A program made the translations under genes and the position numbers. The notes beneath the pieces are model-generated. The model worked only from the letters and a program-made list of their open reading frames with translations. It ran no database searches and was not told the origin of the DNA. DNA of 32,000 nt from Candidatus Saccharimonadota bacterium (GTDB taxonomy: Bacteria; Patescibacteriota; Gracilibacteria; Absconditabacterales; Absconditicoccaceae), in contig OZ246420.1 of NCBI GenBank assembly GCA_965231145.1, positions 90,001 through 122,000 on the forward strand, written 5' to 3'. Positions within the stretch are counted from its first letter, which is position 1; each line of letters starts with the position of its first letter. Shown in pieces: positions 31,230 to 32,000 of the stretch.

Positions 31230-32000
31230 ATGAAAAAACTACTTATTTTGATGAGCTTTGTTTGCTCATTTTGTGTTCCTGTTTTCGCTCAGTTCGTAAC
31301 GAATGAGATACAGGTTGTTACTAAAGCGCCTATTGTGTGGAATAGTAAAGAACAGTCAGCGGAATTCCTTGAAAAATTTCCTGCGGGTTCTAAGGTTGTT
31401 AACTGTGCTGACATAACATTGTTCAGCCAGCAAGAAGACCTTGTAAGGCAGGGGAGATATTGGGGAACTCTATTTCTTGTTCAACTGCCCACCTCGAACG
31501 CAAGTACACTAGTTTCCACTAAGCAAGCATTGCTTGAAAATGATGAAAGTGTTGTTAAGGACGTCTACTTAAATGTTGTAGGCTCTTCAAACTCGTCTAC
31601 TCCAATTACTTTTTCAGACCCTGTTTTTCCTTATGACATGCAGTATAACGCTGCTGCGATAGCGGGGGGTGTAAAGTACACCGGCTGGCAACATGCTAAC
31701 GGCTATATATTCTATAATACCGATAGAATATTAGTTGGAGTAATAGATGGAGGCGCTAATTTGTCTCACCAGGATGCGGTTAATTCCTATTATATTAATG
31801 CTTTGGAAATAGCGGCAAATGGTATTGATGACGACATGAATGGAAGGATTGATGACGTGAATGGTTGGAATTTTGTTTCTAGTAATAATAATGTTGCTGA
31901 TGACAATCCTATCGGACATGGCACAGTTGTTTCTAGTGAATTGGGCGCTCGTAACAACAATTCAAAGAATACTGTTGGTTACTTGTCAGACTCAATGTCT
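31230..32000 (+). CDS. Subtilisin-like serine protease (peptidase S8) with signal peptide; 3' end outside the window
   Basis: ATG 31230..31232 opens 257 codons with no stop of any kind to the window edge. This ORF is absent from the supplied track. The N-terminus is MKKLLILMSFVCSFCVPVFA|QF. The catalytic Asp block is ILVGVIDGG (Asp 31746..31748). The Ca-loop-like segment is NGIDDDMNGRIDDVNGWNF. The catalytic His block is DNPIGHGT (His 31917..31919). Confidence 0.85.
   Translation, partial: MKKLLILMSFVCSFCVPVFAQFVTNEIQVVTKAPIVWNSKEQSAEFLEKFPAGSKVVNCADITLFSQQEDLVRQGRYWGTLFLVQLPTSNASTLVSTKQALLENDESVVKDVYLNVVGSSNSSTPITFSDPVFPYDMQYNAAAIAGGVKYTGWQHANGYIFYNTDRILVGVIDGGANLSHQDAVNSYYINALEIAANGIDDDMNGRIDDVNGWNFVSSNNNVADDNPIGHGTVVSSELGARNNNSKNTVGYLSDSMS

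Noticed and set aside
31177-31314. Small plus-strand ORF starting at ATG 31177 that overlaps the S8 protease start in another frame when TGA is read through.
   Set aside because: It is short, AT-rich and without motifs. The S8 frame with its signal peptide explains the region.
1-32000. Alternative reading of TGA as Trp (code 4, Mollicutes-like).
   Set aside because: TGA columns align with Gly in paralogs, internal repeats and family motifs, and sit inside GGN runs. TGG already provides normal Trp frequency. Reading TGA as Trp would put ~19 Trp in a 130-residue tail. This still needs confirmation from the tRNA gene complement.
1-32000. Search for CRISPR arrays, tRNA/rRNA genes, IS elements and long DNA-level repeats.
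   Set aside because: I saw no regularly spaced direct repeats, T-loop or acceptor-stem patterns, transposase-like ORFs or terminal inverted repeats by eye. Non-coding space totals only ~1.4 kb. A tRNAscan/Infernal run would be the decisive check.

Overview
The supplied six-frame track uses the standard code and is misleading here, because this organism reads TGA as a sense codon. I re-read the minus strand by hand. Chains of same-frame ORFs are separated only by TGA (plus-strand tca), and every complete gene ends at TAA or TAG. Paralog, internal-repeat and motif alignments place TGA opposite Gly. That points to translation table 25, so the source is probably a Gracilibacteria/Absconditabacteria-type CPR bacterium (inference). 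Under that code the window holds 13 genes. Ten complete minus-strand genes cover about 29 of 32 kb. From the left: two tandem paralogous polytopic membrane proteins (349..2328 and 2368..5313; TrbL/VirB6-like, tentative), an SbcD/Mre11-type metallophosphoesterase (5388..6656), and pyrE (6888..7535, plus strand). Next is one terminator-bounded 17.5-kb operon running from 25111 down to 7592. It encodes a 3,893-aa secreted giant protein with FG-GAP/integrin-like and Ig-like repeats. Four unknown secreted or anchored proteins follow at 5-30 nt spacing. One of them ends in a ~130-codon Gly tail in which 19 Gly are written as TGA. Upstream of the operon lie two secreted tail-fibre-like paralogs with C-terminal peptidase-S74 intramolecular-chaperone domains (25276..26961 and 27013..30762). 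A subtilisin-like S8 protease is transcribed divergently (31230 to beyond 32000, plus strand). I recognised no rRNA, tRNA, CRISPR array or transposase. The giant-protein operon together with the tail-fibre pair is the best candidate for an undescribed cell-surface system, possibly for host attachment or predation. All functional statements for it are inference from sequence reading without database searches.
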